In this document: positions 17,703-29,343 of the stretch, piece after piece
How positions within the stretch are numbered: the first letter of the stretch is position 1
How the letters are laid out: every line of letters begins with the position of its first letter
Source: Bacteroidales bacterium
Lineage (GTDB): Bacteria > Bacteroidota > Bacteroidia > Bacteroidales > GWF2-35-48
Direction: 5' to 3'
Length of the DNA stretch: 33,929 nt
Assembly: GCA_036171035.1 (NCBI GenBank)
Contig: JAVHQG010000317.1
Coordinates: 1-33,929 of the forward strand
Program-made: the position numbers and the translations under genes
Notes under the pieces: model-generated
Databases searched by the model: none
Seen by the model: the letters and a program-made list of their open reading frames with translations, nothing else
What the model was told of the DNA's origin: nothing

Positions 17703-17921
17703 TTATTTATATCTAAATGTTATTCTTCCTTTTGTTAAATCATACGGAGACATTTCAATTCGAACTTTATCTCCAGTTAATATTTTAATATAGTGCATTC
17801 TCATTTTACCCGATATATGAGCTGTAATAATGTGACCATTCTCTAACTGTACCCTAAACATTGCATTAGATAATGCCTCTATAATCTGTCCATCTTGCTC
17901 AATTGAAGCCTGTTTCGCCAT
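17703..17921 (-). CDS. infA: Translation initiation factor IF-1
   Basis: [28 protein letters not shown]. Confidence 0.99.
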   Translation of the reverse strand: MAKQASIEQDGQIIEALSNAMFRVQLENGHIITAHISGKMRMHYIKILTGDKVRIEMSPYDLTKGRITFRYK

Positions 17922-17922
17922 T

Positions 17923-18702
17923 CTACTTTTTTTTGTTCAGTTCAGTTTCTATATATTCGAATGTTGACAAAATATCAGCATCTGTACTAGTAATTGCTAC
18001 ACTATGCTCAAAATGAGCTGATGGTTTCTTATCGATAGTTGTAACTGTCCACCCATCTGATTCATATCGTACCTCTTTTTTACCAACATTTATCATTGGC
18101 TCAATCGCAATTACAAGCCCTCTTTGAATTTTTAAACCAGACCCTCTTTTCCCATAATTAGGAACTTCAGGTTTTTCATGCAAATTTTTACCTACCCCAT
18201 GTCCAACTAATTCTCTGACAACAGAGAGTCCATTTTTCTGTGCGTATTGTTGTATATTATAACCAATATCTCCAATTCTATTTCCTTCTTTTGCTTGAGC
18301 AATTCCAAGATATAAACTTTCTTTTGTAATTTTTAAAAGATGTTTTTTCTCTTCATCTATTTCCCCAACAGAAAAGGTATATGCTGAATCTCCATGAAAG
18401 CCATTCATAAATACTCCACAATCTACAGAAACAATGTCTCCTTCCTGTAAAACATATGAAGAAGGTATTCCATGAACAACTTGCGAATTTACAGAAATAC
18501 ATACCGATTTTGGATATCCATTATAATGAAGAAACCCGGGTATTCCACCATTATCTCTAATGAATTCATCGGCTCTATCATTAATTGTTAGAGTAGTAAT
18601 ACCCGGAACAATTAATTTAGAAATTTCAGCAAGCGTTTTTGATACAAGCTGATTGCTTAATCTAAGCAATTCTATTTCATCATTTGTTTTATAAAAAACC
18701 AT
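17923..18702 (-). CDS. map: Methionine aminopeptidase type I
   Basis: VVHGIP, VDCG...GDSA, GHGVG..LHE, AIEPM, AHFEHS. Confidence 0.98.
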   Translation of the reverse strand: MVFYKTNDEIELLRLSNQLVSKTLAEISKLIVPGITTLTINDRADEFIRDNGGIPGFLHYNGYPKSVCISVNSQVVHGIPSSYVLQEGDIVSVDCGVFMNGFHGDSAYTFSVGEIDEEKKHLLKITKESLYLGIAQAKEGNRIGDIGYNIQQYAQKNGLSVVRELVGHGVGKNLHEKPEVPNYGKRGSGLKIQRGLVIAIEPMINVGKKEVRYESDGWTVTTIDKKPSAHFEHSVAITSTDADILSTFEYIETELNKKK

Positions 18703-18712
18703 CAAAGAACGT

Positions 18713-18747
18713 TTATTGAATTTACGAATTGGAATTTACGATTTAAT
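18713..18747. repeat. Degenerate heptamer array (5 units)
   Basis: TTATTGA ATTTACG AATTGGA ATTTACG ATTTAAT upstream of map; pairs imperfectly with ATTCCTTTTCTAAATTC near 18763-18780. Confidence 0.65.
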
Positions 18748-18789
18748 AATTTTATCATTTTTTATTCCTTTTCTAAATTCATTATTAAT

Positions 18790-20130
18790 TTACATGGCAG
18801 TAGCTCCGGCAGTTCTTCCTTTTATTCTGCCTGTTTTCATTAAACCGTCATAGTGGCGCATTAATAAATGGCTTTCTATCTGTTGTAATGTGTCTAAAAC
18901 AACACCTACCAAGATAAGTAAAGATGTTCCACCATAAAAATGAGCAAATTGATTATTTATGCCAATAATTTGTGCAAATGCAGGTAAAATTGCTACCAAT
19001 GCTAAAAAAATAGAACCAGGCAAAGTTATTCGAGACATAACTGTATCGAGAAACTCAACTGTTTTACGACCAGGTTTAATACCAGGAATAAACCCACCAT
19101 TTTTCTTCATATCCTCTGCCATTTGTGTTGGATTTACAATAATAGCAGTATAAAAATAAGTAAAGAGAACAATTAGTAGTCCAAAAATAAAATTATATAA
19201 AAAACCTGTTGAATCAGCAATAGATGCAGCGAAACCTGTTAAAGTATCTGATTGAGAAAAGCCAACCAACATGATAGGGATAAACATAAGAGCTTGAGCA
19301 AAAATAATTGGCATAACACCAGCAGCATTAACTTTTAAAGGTATGTACTGTCTAACACCTCCATATTGTTTGTTCCCAACTATTCTCTTTGCGTACTGTA
19401 CAGGAATTTTTCTTGTTGCTTGAACCAATGCAATAGTGCCAATAATAACAACAAGCAAAACAACAATTTCAGCAAGGAACATCACTAAACCTCCTCCTTG
19501 TTCTTCTAGTCTAGAAACAAATTCAGCAGTAATTGCAAACGGTAACCTCGCTACAATTCCAATCATGATAATCATTGATATACCATTTCCGATTCCTTTA
19601 TCAGTTATTTTTTCGCCAAGCCACATTACAAATATAGTTCCTGTTATAAGGATTAATACTGTTGAAAACCAAAAAACACCACCCTGCATAACAAACGCAC
19701 TTTCAGGCAATTGTGACTTTAAATTTGCAATATATCCAGGTGCTTGCAGTGCACAAATAATTACAGTAAGATAACGAGTAATCTGATTAATTTTTTTTCT
19801 TCCACTTTCACCTTCTTTTTGCATTCTTTGAAAATATGGAATTGCAATACCAAGTAGCTGCATAACAATAGAAGCTGAAATATAAGGCATAATTCCAAGT
19901 GCAAAAATAGATGCATTTGAAAAAGCACCACCAGAAAACATATCAAGTAAGCCCATAATCCCACCTGCCGTTTGTTTTTCAAGACCCTGTAGTTGTGATG
20001 GATCTATGCCTGGAATAACAACAAATGAACCTAATCTATATATAAGAATGAATCCCAAAGTTGTTAAAATCCTTGATCTTAATTCTTCAATTTTATAAAT
20101 GTTTTTTAATGTCTCGAAAAATTTTCTCAT
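18790..20130 (-). CDS. secY: Preprotein translocase subunit SecY
   Basis: SIFALGIMPYISASI, GIGNGIS, AGVMPIIFA, FIPGIKPG, GGTSLLILVGV. Confidence 0.99.
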   Translation of the reverse strand: MRKFFETLKNIYKIEELRSRILTTLGFILIYRLGSFVVIPGIDPSQLQGLEKQTAGGIMGLLDMFSGGAFSNASIFALGIMPYISASIVMQLLGIAIPYFQRMQKEGESGRKKINQITRYLTVIICALQAPGYIANLKSQLPESAFVMQGGVFWFSTVLILITGTIFVMWLGEKITDKGIGNGISMIIMIGIVARLPFAITAEFVSRLEEQGGGLVMFLAEIVVLLVVIIGTIALVQATRKIPVQYAKRIVGNKQYGGVRQYIPLKVNAAGVMPIIFAQALMFIPIMLVGFSQSDTLTGFAASIADSTGFLYNFIFGLLIVLFTYFYTAIIVNPTQMAEDMKKNGGFIPGIKPGRKTVEFLDTVMSRITLPGSIFLALVAILPAFAQIIGINNQFAHFYGGTSLLILVGVVLDTLQQIESHLLMRHYDGLMKTGRIKGRTAGATAM

Positions 20131-20135
20131 TAAGC

Positions 20136-20585
20136 TTATAGTTTTATAACTGTGCCTTCTAATGCTTCAATTGACTGTTTTGCTGAATTTGAAAAAGCAT
20201 GCGCTTTTACTTCTAGTTTCAGGGTTAAAGTACCGTTGCCAAGTATTTTAACAAGGTCTTTTTTTGAAACCATGCCAAATTCATATAAAATTTGAGGGTC
20301 AATAGCGGTTAAACTATTTTTTTCAGCCAACATCTGAATATCTTTCAAATTAATGGCCTTATATTCAACTCTATTTGGATTTTTAAAACCAAACTTTGGA
20401 GATGTTCTTTGAATAGGCATCTGCCCTCCCTGATGACCAATTTTTTTATGATATCCCGAACGAGATTGAGCTCCCTTATTGCCTCTTGTGGAAGTACCCC
20501 CTTTTCCGGATCCAGTTCCTCTGCCTAATCTTTTTTTCTCGTTTTTAACAGAGCCTCCCGCCGGAGTTAAATGACTTAAATTCAT
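20136..20585 (-). CDS. rplO: 50S ribosomal protein L15
   Basis: RLGRGTGSGKG, KGAQSRSG, PKFGF, VKILGNG. Confidence 0.98.
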   Translation of the reverse strand: MNLSHLTPAGGSVKNEKKRLGRGTGSGKGGTSTRGNKGAQSRSGYHKKIGHQGGQMPIQRTSPKFGFKNPNRVEYKAINLKDIQMLAEKNSLTAIDPQILYEFGMVSKKDLVKILGNGTLTLKLEVKAHAFSNSAKQSIEALEGTVIKL

Positions 20586-20591
20586 ATCAAA

Positions 20592-20774
20592 TTATTTAAT
20601 ATCTTCAATTACTACTAAATGATTTACCTTATTTATCATTCCATTTATTTGGTTTGATTTTTCTTTTTCAACAGTTTTGTTTATTCTTCCTAAACCAAGA
20701 GCTTTCAGTGTGTCCCTCTGTCTTTTTGAACACCCAATTTTGCTTCTAACTTGAGTTACTTTTACCTTAGCCAT
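20592..20774 (-). CDS. rpmD: 50S ribosomal protein L30
   Basis: TQVRSKIG...TLKALGL; position in spc operon. Confidence 0.97.
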   Translation of the reverse strand: MAKVKVTQVRSKIGCSKRQRDTLKALGLGRINKTVEKEKSNQINGMINKVNHLVVIEDIK

Positions 20775-20777
20775 ATA

Positions 20778-21299
20778 TTATCCATTAAAAACTTTTTCCA
20801 TAGAAATTCCACGATTAAGAGCCACCGTATATGGATCCCTTAATTCCATCAACGCAACCATTGTTGCTTTTACTAAATTATGAGGATTAGATGAACCTTT
20901 TGATTTTGCTAGCACATCTGTAATGCCAACACTTTCCAGTACTGCACGCATTGCCCCACCAGCCTTAACGCCGGTACCATGGGATGCAGGCTTAATAAAT
21001 ACTTGTGCACCTCCATATTTCGAGAGTTGTTCGTGAGGAATAGTACCTTTTAAAATATTAATTTTTATAAGACTTTTTTTCGCATCCTCTACACCTTTTG
21101 CAATAGCTGTTGTTACTTCATTTGCTTTACCCAAACCATAACCAACTACTCCGTTTTCGTTTCCCACTACTACTATGGCCGAAAAACTAAAGGTTCTGCC
21201 TCCCTTTGTAACTTTAGTAACACGCTGGATACTAACCAAACGATCTTTTAACTCTAGATCACTTGTTTTAACTTTCCTTATACTTGTATTTGCTGTCAT
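20778..21299 (-). CDS. rpsE: 30S ribosomal protein S5
   Basis: [27 protein letters not shown]. Confidence 0.99.
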   Translation of the reverse strand: MTANTSIRKVKTSDLELKDRLVSIQRVTKVTKGGRTFSFSAIVVVGNENGVVGYGLGKANEVTTAIAKGVEDAKKSLIKINILKGTIPHEQLSKYGGAQVFIKPASHGTGVKAGGAMRAVLESVGITDVLAKSKGSSNPHNLVKATMVALMELRDPYTVALNRGISMEKVFNG

Positions 21300-21303
21300 A
21301 TTT

Positions 21304-21663
21304 TTAAAATTTTAAACCTCCTTGTCTTGCAGCATCCGCTAATGATTTCACGCGACCATGATATAGATAACCGCCTCTATCAAAAGTAATTGTTGTAATT
21401 CCTTTTTCAATAGCCTTTTGTGCTATTAATTTTCCAACAAGAGCAGCCTGTTCAAGTTTTTTAATACCTTTATTTTCACTAATTTCTTTACAGAGTGATG
21501 ATGCGGAGACCAAAGTTGTCCCGGTATTATCATCAACAAGCTGAACAGAAATTTGTTTATTACTTCTAAAAACAGTCATACGTGGCTTTTCAATGTTTCC
21601 AGAAATAAGCTTCCTTATCCTTTTTTTTATTCTTTCTCTTCTTTCTAATTTTGTTAATGCCAT
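21304..21663 (-). CDS. rplR: 50S ribosomal protein L18
   Basis: [22 protein letters not shown]. Confidence 0.99.
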   Translation of the reverse strand: MALTKLERRERIKKRIRKLISGNIEKPRMTVFRSNKQISVQLVDDNTGTTLVSASSLCKEISENKGIKKLEQAALVGKLIAQKAIEKGITTITFDRGGYLYHGRVKSLADAARQGGLKF

Positions 21664-21681
21664 TGTAATGAAATTTTAATA

Positions 21682-22236
21682 TTATTTAGCACTTGCTGAT
21701 TTACCTGATTTTCTCCTGAGAATTTCTCCTACAAACTTAATACCTTTACCTTTATACGGTTCAGGTGGTCTTAATGAACGAATTTTAGCAGCCACATGAC
21801 CTATTAATTGTTTATCATTGCTTTTCAACGTAATAATTGGATTGGCTCTCTTTTCTTGTTTTGCCGAAACTTGTATTTCAACAGGTAATTCAAATAATAT
21901 ATTATGTGAATATCCTAAAGCAAGCTCTAAAACTTGTCCTTTAACCTCAGCCTTATACCCAACACCTACTAATTCCTGTTCTTTTGTATAACCGGTAGAA
22001 ACTCCAATAATCATATTATTTATAAGAGACCTATAAAGACCATGCAATGATTTTTGTTGCTTTGATTCATTTGATCTTGCAAGAATCACTTTATTATCTT
22101 CAACCTTTACTTTTATTTCCTTACTTATTGTTTGTGTAAGTTCTCCTAATGGACCTTTTACAACTACCTTATCATCGGTGATATTTAATACAACACCTTT
22201 TGGTATTTCAATGGGTAATTTTCCTATTCGTGACAT
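21682..22236 (-). CDS. rplF: 50S ribosomal protein L6
   Basis: MSRIGKLPI (ATG 22236), GVGYKA, RPPEPYKGKGI. Confidence 0.99.
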   Translation of the reverse strand: MSRIGKLPIEIPKGVVLNITDDKVVVKGPLGELTQTISKEIKVKVEDNKVILARSNESKQQKSLHGLYRSLINNMIIGVSTGYTKEQELVGVGYKAEVKGQVLELALGYSHNILFELPVEIQVSAKQEKRANPIITLKSNDKQLIGHVAAKIRSLRPPEPYKGKGIKFVGEILRRKSGKSASAK

Positions 22237-22251
22237 CTTCAATCAAATTAT

Positions 22252-22653
22252 TTAGTGTACATAACATAATACTTCACCACCAATATTTTTAACTCTTGCT
22301 TCTTTATCTGTAATAACACCTTGTGATGTAGATAAAATAGCAATCCCTAAACCATTTAATATTCTAGGTATTGTGGCTACTCCACTATAATTTCTAAGAC
22401 CAGGGCGGCTAACCCTACGAAGTAACTTGATAGCCGGAGTTTTAGAAACTGGATGATATTTAAGCGCGATCTTAATAATTCCTTGTCTTTGATTTTCGCC
22501 ATCTTCGAATTTATAATTCAAAATATAGCCTTTTTCAAATAAGACTTTTGTTATTTCCTTTTTTAAATTCGATGAAGGAATTTCTACAATTTTATGTTTT
22601 GCCTTTATAGCATTACGTAATCTAGTCAGATAATCTGAAATTGGATCTGTCAT
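22252..22653 (-). CDS. rpsH: 30S ribosomal protein S8
   Basis: DPISDYLTRLRNA, VSRPGLR, GLGIAILSTSQG. Confidence 0.99.
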   Translation of the reverse strand: MTDPISDYLTRLRNAIKAKHKIVEIPSSNLKKEITKVLFEKGYILNYKFEDGENQRQGIIKIALKYHPVSKTPAIKLLRRVSRPGLRNYSGVATIPRILNGLGIAILSTSQGVITDKEARVKNIGGEVLCYVH

Positions 22654-22672
22654 TTTAATTATTATTATTTTA

Positions 22673-22942
22673 TTACCAACTTGCTTTTTTAATTCCTGGA
22701 ATTAATCCATTAGAAGCCATTTCTCTAAATGCTATTCTACTAATACCAAACTGTCTCATATATCCTTTTGGTCTGCCAGATAGTTTACATCTGTTATGCA
22801 ACCTTACAGGAGAAGAATTACGAGGTAAAAGTGAAAGCGTTGAATAATCGCCTTTTGCTTTTAATTCAGCTCTTTTAGCTTCATATTTTTTTACTAATTT
22901 TACTCTTTTAACTTCACGAGCTTTCAATGATTCTTTTGCCAT
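22673..22942 (-). CDS. rpsN: 30S ribosomal protein S14 (89 aa, Zn-free type)
   Basis: [23 protein letters not shown]. Confidence 0.99.
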   Translation of the reverse strand: MAKESLKAREVKRVKLVKKYEAKRAELKAKGDYSTLSLLPRNSSPVRLHNRCKLSGRPKGYMRQFGISRIAFREMASNGLIPGIKKASW

Positions 22943-22945
22943 GTG

Positions 22946-23506
22946 TTAATTCTTTTTTATGTTTTTAAACGGCATTCCAAATTCCCTAAGGAGTGCATAC
23001 CCTTCTTCATCTGATTTTGCATTCGTAACAAATGTGATATTCATACCCATCATTTTATGAATTTTATCAATATCAATTTCAGGGAAAATAATTTGTTCCG
23101 TTATGCCGAGTGTATAATTTCCACGACCATCAAATTTATGATTAATACCTCTGAAATCACGTATACGTGGTAATGAAACGCTTATTAATCTTTCAAGGAA
23201 TTCATACATTCTCTCTTTTCTAAGTGTAACTTTCACACCGATTGCAACGCCTTTTCTGAGTTTAAAGTTCGAAATATCTTTTTTCGAAACTGTAGAAACA
23301 GGCTTTTGTCCTGTTATGATTCCAAGTTCAGTCAATGCAACTTCTATTATTTTTTTATCAGCAATTGCTTGACCAACTCCTTGATTTATAATAATTTTAT
23401 CAAGTCTTGGAACTTGCATTACAGACGAGTAATTAAACTCTTTCTTTAAAGCAGCTACAATTTCCTCTTCGTACTTTTTTTTAAGTGTTGGCTTATAGTT
23501 ATTCAT
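22946..23506 (-). CDS. rplE: 50S ribosomal protein L5
   Basis: [31 protein letters not shown]. Confidence 0.99.
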   Translation of the reverse strand: MNNYKPTLKKKYEEEIVAALKKEFNYSSVMQVPRLDKIIINQGVGQAIADKKIIEVALTELGIITGQKPVSTVSKKDISNFKLRKGVAIGVKVTLRKERMYEFLERLISVSLPRIRDFRGINHKFDGRGNYTLGITEQIIFPEIDIDKIHKMMGMNITFVTNAKSDEEGYALLREFGMPFKNIKKN

Positions 23507-23829
23507 TATTTTATCTCCTCACCTGATTTTTTGGAATATCTGACTAATTTATTATTCTCATTCAATTTTCTACCCACTCTTGTTGGCTTTCCTGTTGCAG
23601 GCTCAACAATCATAAGATTTGAAACGTGAATTGCAGCTTCTTTTTTAACAATGCCACCTTGTGGTTGAGCTGCATTGGGTTTGGTGTGCTTAGAAACAAG
23701 ATTTACACCTTCAACAATTGCCTTATCCGTTTTAGTCAATACTTCTAAAACTTTGCCCTGTTGTGTTTTGGAGTCACCTGTCAATACACGTACAGTATCT
23801 CCTTTTTTTATGTTAAACTTTTTATTCAT
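23506..23829 (-). CDS. rplX: 50S ribosomal protein L24
   Basis: [20 protein letters not shown]; stop overlaps rplE start (TAATG). Confidence 0.99.
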   Translation of the reverse strand: MNKKFNIKKGDTVRVLTGDSKTQQGKVLEVLTKTDKAIVEGVNLVSKHTKPNAAQPQGGIVKKEAAIHVSNLMIVEPATGKPTRVGRKLNENNKLVRYSKKSGEEIK

Positions 23830-23841
23830 AACAAATTATAC

Positions 23842-24210
23842 TTATAAAACCTCTGGGGCTAGTGAAACAATTTTCATATACTGTTTTTCTCTTAACTCCC
23901 TTGCAACAGGACCGAATATACGTGTACCTCTGATTTCATCTGTAGCATTTAACAAAACTACCGCATTATCGTCAAAACGGATATAAGATCCATCAGCTCT
24001 TTTAATTTCTTTTTTTGTTCTTACTACAACAGCTTTAGTAACTGAACCTTTTTTTACTTCACTTGCAGGAAGAGCAGATTTCACAGCAACAATTATTTTA
24101 TCGCCAACTCGGGCATATCTTTTTCCGGTACCTCCGAGTACCCTGATGCAGAGTACTTCTTTTGCACCACTATTATCGGCTACAATGAGCCGTGTTTCTT
24201 GTTGTATCAT
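23842..24210 (-). CDS. rplN: 50S ribosomal protein L14
   Basis: [33 protein letters not shown]. Confidence 0.99.
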   Translation of the reverse strand: MIQQETRLIVADNSGAKEVLCIRVLGGTGKRYARVGDKIIVAVKSALPASEVKKGSVTKAVVVRTKKEIKRADGSYIRFDDNAVVLLNATDEIRGTRIFGPVARELREKQYMKIVSLAPEVL

Positions 24211-24212
24211 TA

Positions 24213-24470
24213 TTATTTAGCTTTTTCAATAATTTCGATTAATCTCCAATTCTTCAATTTACTTAAAGGTCGAACTTCCATAACTTTAACCTTATCTCCA
24301 ACACCGCAAGCATTTTGTTCGTCATGAACATAAAGTCTTTTCGTCTTGTTAATAAATTTTCCATATTTAGGGTGTTTTACTCTTCGTTTAACTGTAACTA
24401 CAATTGTTCTTTCCATTTTTGTACTTACAACAACACCTATTTTTTCTTTTCTAAAATTTCTTGTTTCCAT
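24213..24470 (-). CDS. rpsQ: 30S ribosomal protein S17
   Basis: [19 protein letters not shown]. Confidence 0.99.
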   Translation of the reverse strand: METRNFRKEKIGVVVSTKMERTIVVTVKRRVKHPKYGKFINKTKRLYVHDEQNACGVGDKVKVMEVRPLSKLKNWRLIEIIEKAK

Positions 24471-24483
24471 TATAATAAGACTC

Positions 24484-24678
24484 TTATTTGCTTAATTCAC
24501 GTATCCTTAATTCTGTTTTTAACTTTGCAATTAACTTGCGAGTTTTTTGAATTTTCATTGGATTTTCCAACGGTGACACAGCATGATTGAATTTCAAACG
24601 CACTAAAATAGTATCCGTATCGTCAATCCTTTCCTTTAATTCAGGAGTAGATAATTCCTTAATTTCTGCAGTTTTCAT
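24484..24678 (-). CDS. rpmC: 50S ribosomal protein L29
   Basis: LENPMKI...IAKLKTEL; position in S10 operon. Confidence 0.97.
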   Translation of the reverse strand: MKTAEIKELSTPELKERIDDTDTILVRLKFNHAVSPLENPMKIQKTRKLIAKLKTELRIRELSK

Positions 24679-24684
24679 TTTATA

Positions 24685-25119
24685 CTATATTATAGTTTCT
24701 GTATAATCATAATCTGGTCTTACACAAAATTTTGTGAGAATAGGCAATTTTTGTGCAGCAAGCCTTAATGCTTCTTTTGCAACAGCGATAGGAACACCGT
24801 CTGCTTCAAAGAGCATGCGTCCGGGAGTAACTCTGGCAACAAACATTTCCGGAGCACCTTTCCCTTTACCCATACGAACTTCTGCGGGTTTTTTAGTAAT
24901 TGGTTTATCTGGAAATATTCGAATCCAAATTTGTCCTTCACGTTTCATACATCGCGATAGTGCTTGACGAGCAGCTTCAATTTGTCTTGCAGTCATCCAA
25001 CATGTATCCAAAGATTTAATGCCAAAAGAGCCGAATGCAAGTGAACTCCCCTTATAGGAATTACCCTTCATTTTTCCTTTTTGCTGCTTTCTATATTTTT
25101 GTTTTTTTGGCTGTAACAT
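24685..25119 (-). CDS. rplP: 50S ribosomal protein L16
   Basis: [28 protein letters not shown]. Confidence 0.99.
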   Translation of the reverse strand: MLQPKKQKYRKQQKGKMKGNSYKGSSLAFGSFGIKSLDTCWMTARQIEAARQALSRCMKREGQIWIRIFPDKPITKKPAEVRMGKGKGAPEMFVARVTPGRMLFEADGVPIAVAKEALRLAAQKLPILTKFCVRPDYDYTETII

Positions 25120-25141
25120 CCTGATAAATCTTATAAAATTA

Positions 25142-25849
25142 TTATCTTCTTTCTTTTTTCTTCTTGTTCATTATATTTTTGGATTTTACTTCCTTACTCC
25201 CAATATTTGGAGAAAGATCGCGTTTTCCATAAACTTCACCTTTGCAAATCCATACTTTCACCCCAAGAAGACCAACTTTTGTAAGTGCTTCTGCATTAAA
25301 ATAATCAATATCAGCTCTTAACGTATGAAGAGGAGTTCTACCTTCTTTCAACATTTCAGATCTGGCCATTTCAGCTCCATTAAGACGGCCTGAAATGTTA
25401 ACTTTTATACCTTCTGCACCCATTCTCATAGTTGAAGCTATAGCCATTTTAATTGCTCTTCTATATGCTATTTTCCCTTCAACCTGCCGCGCAATATTGT
25501 TAGCAACAAGTACTGCATCAAGTTCTGGACGTTTAATTTCAAATATATTAATTTGAACTTCTTTATTCGTAAGTTTTTTTATTTCCTCTTTTAATTTGTC
25601 AACTTCTTGGCCACCTTTACCAATGATAACACCAGGGCGTGCAGTATTTACAGTAATTGTTATGAGCTTCAAAGATCGCTCAATAATTATTCTAGAAATA
25701 CTGGCTTTTGCAAGACGTGCATTAAGATATTTTCTAATCCTAGTGTCTTCGACAAGTTTGTCACCATAAAATCTACCACCATACCAATTGGAATCCCATC
25801 CATTTATGATTCCTAATCTGTTTGCAATAGGGTTTGTTTTTTGTCCCAT
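25142..25849 (-). CDS. rpsC: 30S ribosomal protein S3
   Basis: [39 protein letters not shown]. Confidence 0.99.
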   Translation of the reverse strand: MGQKTNPIANRLGIINGWDSNWYGGRFYGDKLVEDTRIRKYLNARLAKASISRIIIERSLKLITITVNTARPGVIIGKGGQEVDKLKEEIKKLTNKEVQINIFEIKRPELDAVLVANNIARQVEGKIAYRRAIKMAIASTMRMGAEGIKVNISGRLNGAEMARSEMLKEGRTPLHTLRADIDYFNAEALTKVGLLGVKVWICKGEVYGKRDLSPNIGSKEVKSKNIMNKKKKERR

Positions 25850-25853
25850 CTAT

Positions 25854-26267
25854 CTATTCTGTTTGTGATTCGTTAATTTTACTATCTAATACCAAAGTTA
25901 CATGATTTGATCTTTTTCTAACCCGATATCCTCTTCCTTGTGGAGCAGGACGCAATCTTTTCAACATTCTTGCTGAATCAACAAAGATCTCTTTAATAAA
26001 AACATTGCTATCTTCAATTCTAATTCCTTCATTTTTTAACTGCCAATTTGCAATCGCAGACAATAATAATTTTTCAAGTCTTTGTGAAGCTTCTTTTGGA
26101 TTATACTTCAAAATACCAAGTGCTTTGTTTATTTCAACATTTCTAATAAGATCTGCAACCAGTCTCATTTTTCTTGGAGAAGTAGGACAATTACGTAAAA
26201 TCGCAAATGAAACCTCCTTCAATTTTTCTTTTCGTTTTTCGGCGCTGATTCTTTTTCTTGCTCCCAT
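25854..26267 (-). CDS. rplV: 50S ribosomal protein L22
   Basis: [28 protein letters not shown]. Confidence 0.99.
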   Translation of the reverse strand: MGARKRISAEKRKEKLKEVSFAILRNCPTSPRKMRLVADLIRNVEINKALGILKYNPKEASQRLEKLLLSAIANWQLKNEGIRIEDSNVFIKEIFVDSARMLKRLRPAPQGRGYRVRKRSNHVTLVLDSKINESQTE

Positions 26268-26282
26268 TTTTTTAAAATTTTA

Positions 26283-26561
26283 TTATTTCGCCTCTGATTT
26301 TTTACTTCCTGAATGTCCTCTAAAAGTACGTGTTGGTGCAAATTCTCCTAATTTATGACCAACCATATTTTCAGTAACATAAACAGGTATAAATTTATTT
26401 CCATTATGAACAGCTATTGTATGTCCAACAAAATCTGGTGAAATCATTGAACGACGAGCCCACGTTTTAATAACTGTTTTCTTTTTGGAATTATTCATCA
26501 TGAAAACTTTTTTCTCAAGTTTCACATCAATAAAAGGTCCTTTTTTCAGCGATCTGCTCAT
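26283..26561 (-). CDS. rpsS: 30S ribosomal protein S19
   Basis: [22 protein letters not shown]. Confidence 0.99.
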   Translation of the reverse strand: MSRSLKKGPFIDVKLEKKVFMMNNSKKKTVIKTWARRSMISPDFVGHTIAVHNGNKFIPVYVTENMVGHKLGEFAPTRTFRGHSGSKKSEAK

Positions 26562-26583
26562 ATTATTTTTTTAAAAATATTCT

Positions 26584-27408
26584 TTACTTCTTTCTTCTTT
26601 CCATTATATACTTATTGGACTCCTTTTTAGGTTTTCTTGTTTTATAACCTTTGGCCAGTAATCCTTTTCTTGACCTAGGATGTCCACCTGATGCACGACC
26701 TTCACCTCCACCCATTGGATGATCTACTGGGTTCATTGCAACACCTCTATTTCTAGGTCTTCTTCCTAGCCATCTTGTACGACCAGCTTTCCCTGATTTT
26801 TCAAGTGCATGATCGCCATTAGAAACGCTTCCTATAGTTGCTTTACAAGATACAAGAACTTTTCTCAACTCGCCTGAAGGCATTTTAAGTATTGCAAATT
26901 TCCCTTCTCTAGACGTTAATTGAGCGAACGACCCTGCACTTCTTGCAATAATTGAACCTTGACCAGGTCTTTGTTCAATATTATGGATAATTGTTCCGAG
27001 AGGAATATCCGAAAGGAATAAAGCATTTCCAACTTCAGGGGGCACATTTGCACCAGAATTTAAAATCTGACCAACTTTTATTCCCGCAGGAGCAACTATA
27101 TATCTTTTTTCTCCGTCAGCATAAACCAAGAGAGCAATTCTAGCTGTCCTATTCGGATCATATTCAACAGATTTAACAGTTGCAGGTACACCATCTTTGT
27201 TACGAAGGAAGTCGATGATTCTATAACTTCTTTTATGACCGCCGCCTAAATACCTCATAGTCATTTTGCCGGAATGATTCCTTCCGCCTGACCTTTTTAT
27301 TGAAACAACTAATGACTTTTCAGGAGTTGATTTTGTAATCTCTTCAAAAGCACTTATTGTTCTGTATCTCTGACCGGGGGTAACCGGATTTAATTTTCTA
27401 ACTGCCAT
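26584..27408 (-). CDS. rplB: 50S ribosomal protein L2
   Basis: [26 protein letters not shown]. Confidence 0.99.
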   Translation of the reverse strand: MAVRKLNPVTPGQRYRTISAFEEITKSTPEKSLVVSIKRSGGRNHSGKMTMRYLGGGHKRSYRIIDFLRNKDGVPATVKSVEYDPNRTARIALLVYADGEKRYIVAPAGIKVGQILNSGANVPPEVGNALFLSDIPLGTIIHNIEQRPGQGSIIARSAGSFAQLTSREGKFAILKMPSGELRKVLVSCKATIGSVSNGDHALEKSGKAGRTRWLGRRPRNRGVAMNPVDHPMGGGEGRASGGHPRSRKGLLAKGYKTRKPKKESNKYIMERRKK

Positions 27409-27413
27409 TTTAT

Positions 27414-27704
27414 TTAAATATTGCTAAAGAAATCTATTTTATCACCTGTAGCTAATGTTACAATAGCTTTTTTATAAGCATTTGTTTTTCCAATTACAAA
27501 TCCGGTTTTTGTATATCTACTTTTAACTTTACCGGCATATCTCATTGTATTAACATCCTGAACAGACACTCCATACATATCCTGTAAGGCTTTTTTTATT
27601 TGCAGTTTATTTGCTGTTTTTTCAACAACTACTGCATAGCGATTCAACTTTTCTCCCTGAATCGTCATTTTTTCTGTAACTATAGGTCTTATTAAAATGC
27701 TCAT
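27414..27704 (-). CDS. rplW: 50S ribosomal protein L23
   Basis: [22 protein letters not shown]. Confidence 0.99.
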   Translation of the reverse strand: MSILIRPIVTEKMTIQGEKLNRYAVVVEKTANKLQIKKALQDMYGVSVQDVNTMRYAGKVKSRYTKTGFVIGKTNAYKKAIVTLATGDKIDFFSNI

Positions 27705-27706
27705 TG

Positions 27707-28339
27707 CTATATAATTCCAAAGGTTTTCTCTAAAACATTAATTGAACTCTCTACAAATAACAAAGTTGAATGGTTAAGAATATCGTAAGTGCTTAATTCT
27801 GAAACTGTTACAACTTTAGAATCCTGTAAATTTCGAGAGGACAAATATATACTATTATTTGGTTCTGCTAATATAAAGAGCAACTTTTTATTACTAATTT
27901 GCAACTTATTTTTTAAAGTGATGAAATCCTTTGTTTTAGGTCGTTCCATATTGAAATCTTCAAGAACGATAATCTCGTTATTTCTAGCTTTGTATGTTAA
28001 GGCTGATTTTCTTGCAAGTTGTTTTACCTTTTTATTTAACTTGAAACTATAATCTCTCGGTCTAGGACCAAAAACTCTAGCACCACCAACAAAAAGAGGG
28101 GATTTAATACTTCCAGAACGAGCACCGCCAGTGCCTTTTTGTCTTTTAAGTTTTCTAGTGCTACCCGAAACTTCAGATTTTTCTTTTGTTTTGTGAGTAC
28201 CTTGACGATTGTTTGCCATATATTGCTTAACATCAAGGTATATCGCATGATCATTAGGTTCTACACTAAAAATTGACTCATTGAGTTGTACTCTTTTTCC
28301 CGAGTCGCTTCCTGTTTGATTAAATATAGATAATTCCAT
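27707..28339 (-). CDS. rplD: 50S ribosomal protein L4
   Basis: [24 protein letters not shown]. Confidence 0.99.
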   Translation of the reverse strand: MELSIFNQTGSDSGKRVQLNESIFSVEPNDHAIYLDVKQYMANNRQGTHKTKEKSEVSGSTRKLKRQKGTGGARSGSIKSPLFVGGARVFGPRPRDYSFKLNKKVKQLARKSALTYKARNNEIIVLEDFNMERPKTKDFITLKNKLQISNKKLLFILAEPNNSIYLSSRNLQDSKVVTVSELSTYDILNHSTLLFVESSINVLEKTFGII

Positions 28340-28956
28340 TACTTTTTTATAATTAAAAATGAACCAATAGCTCCAGGTACAGCCCCTTTAACCAATAACA
28401 GGTTATTTTCAGGCATAACTTTCACAAGTCTCAAACTTAATAATTTTATATTTTCTCCACCTGTTCGTCCTGCCATTCTCATACCTTTCATAACTCTAGA
28501 TGGCCAAGATGAAGCACCCAAAGATCCAGGATGTCTAAGTCTATTTGCCTGACCATGAGTAGCACCGCCAACACCAGAAAAGCCATATCTTTTTACAACA
28601 CCTTGAAAACCTTTTCCTTTTGATTTCCCAATAACATCAACGAATTCTCCTTCAGTAAAAATATCAACAGTTATCTTATCTCCAAGTTTGACATCTGTCT
28701 CAAATGGATTAAATTCAAAAAGCTTTGCTTTTGGTAAAGTTTGTGCTTTTTTAAAATGTCCGATCAATGGTTTATTTGAATGTTTTTCTTTAACATCTCC
28801 AAAACCTAACTGTACTGACATATAACCATCCTTTTCATTCGTTTTAATCTGTGTTACGACACAAGGACCAGCTTCGATTACTGTGCATGGAATTAATTTT
28901 CCATCTTCATTATAGATAGAAGTCATTCCTACTTTTTTCCCAATAATACCTGACAT
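28339..28956 (-). CDS. rplC: 50S ribosomal protein L3
   Basis: [28 protein letters not shown]; stop overlaps rplD start. Confidence 0.99.
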   Translation of the reverse strand: MSGIIGKKVGMTSIYNEDGKLIPCTVIEAGPCVVTQIKTNEKDGYMSVQLGFGDVKEKHSNKPLIGHFKKAQTLPKAKLFEFNPFETDVKLGDKITVDIFTEGEFVDVIGKSKGKGFQGVVKRYGFSGVGGATHGQANRLRHPGSLGASSWPSRVMKGMRMAGRTGGENIKLLSLRLVKVMPENNLLLVKGAVPGAIGSFLIIKK

Positions 28957-28963
28957 GATATTT

Positions 28964-29026
28964 ATTTACTATTTAGAATTTACATTTTTTAATTTAAAAT
29001 TTTAAGAAAAAAAATCCTTAAAATTT
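28964..29026. repeat. Heptamer array (6 units) plus 10-bp inverted repeat between rpsJ and rplC
   Basis: ATTTACT ATTTAGA ATTTACA TTTTTTA ATTTAAA ATTTTAA (28964-29005). AAATTTTAAG (28997-29006) pairs with CTTAAAATTT (29017-29026). Confidence 0.7.
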
Positions 29027-29330
29027 ATACTTTTATTTCCACTTCTACTCCACTTGGTAGTTCTAGTTTCATCAGCGCATCAATAGTGTTTGCTGTTGTA
29101 CTGTATATATCAAGCATTCTCTTATAAGAGGATAGCTCAAATTGTTCTCTTGCTTTCTTATTAACGAAGGGAGATCTTAATACTGTAAAAATTCTTTTAT
29201 GAGTTGGCAATGGAATTGGACCACTTACAACTGCACCTGTAGATTTTACAGTTTTTACGATTTTTTCAGCTGATTTATCAACCAAACTGTGATCGTAAGA
29301 TTTTAATTTAATCCTTATTTTCTGACTCAT
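29025..29330 (-). CDS. rpsJ: 30S ribosomal protein S10
   Basis: [22 protein letters not shown]. Confidence 0.99.
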   Translation of the reverse strand: MSQKIRIKLKSYDHSLVDKSAEKIVKTVKSTGAVVSGPIPLPTHKRIFTVLRSPFVNKKAREQFELSSYKRMLDIYSTTANTIDALMKLELPSGVEVEIKV

Positions 29331-29343
29331 ATTGATGTATTAG

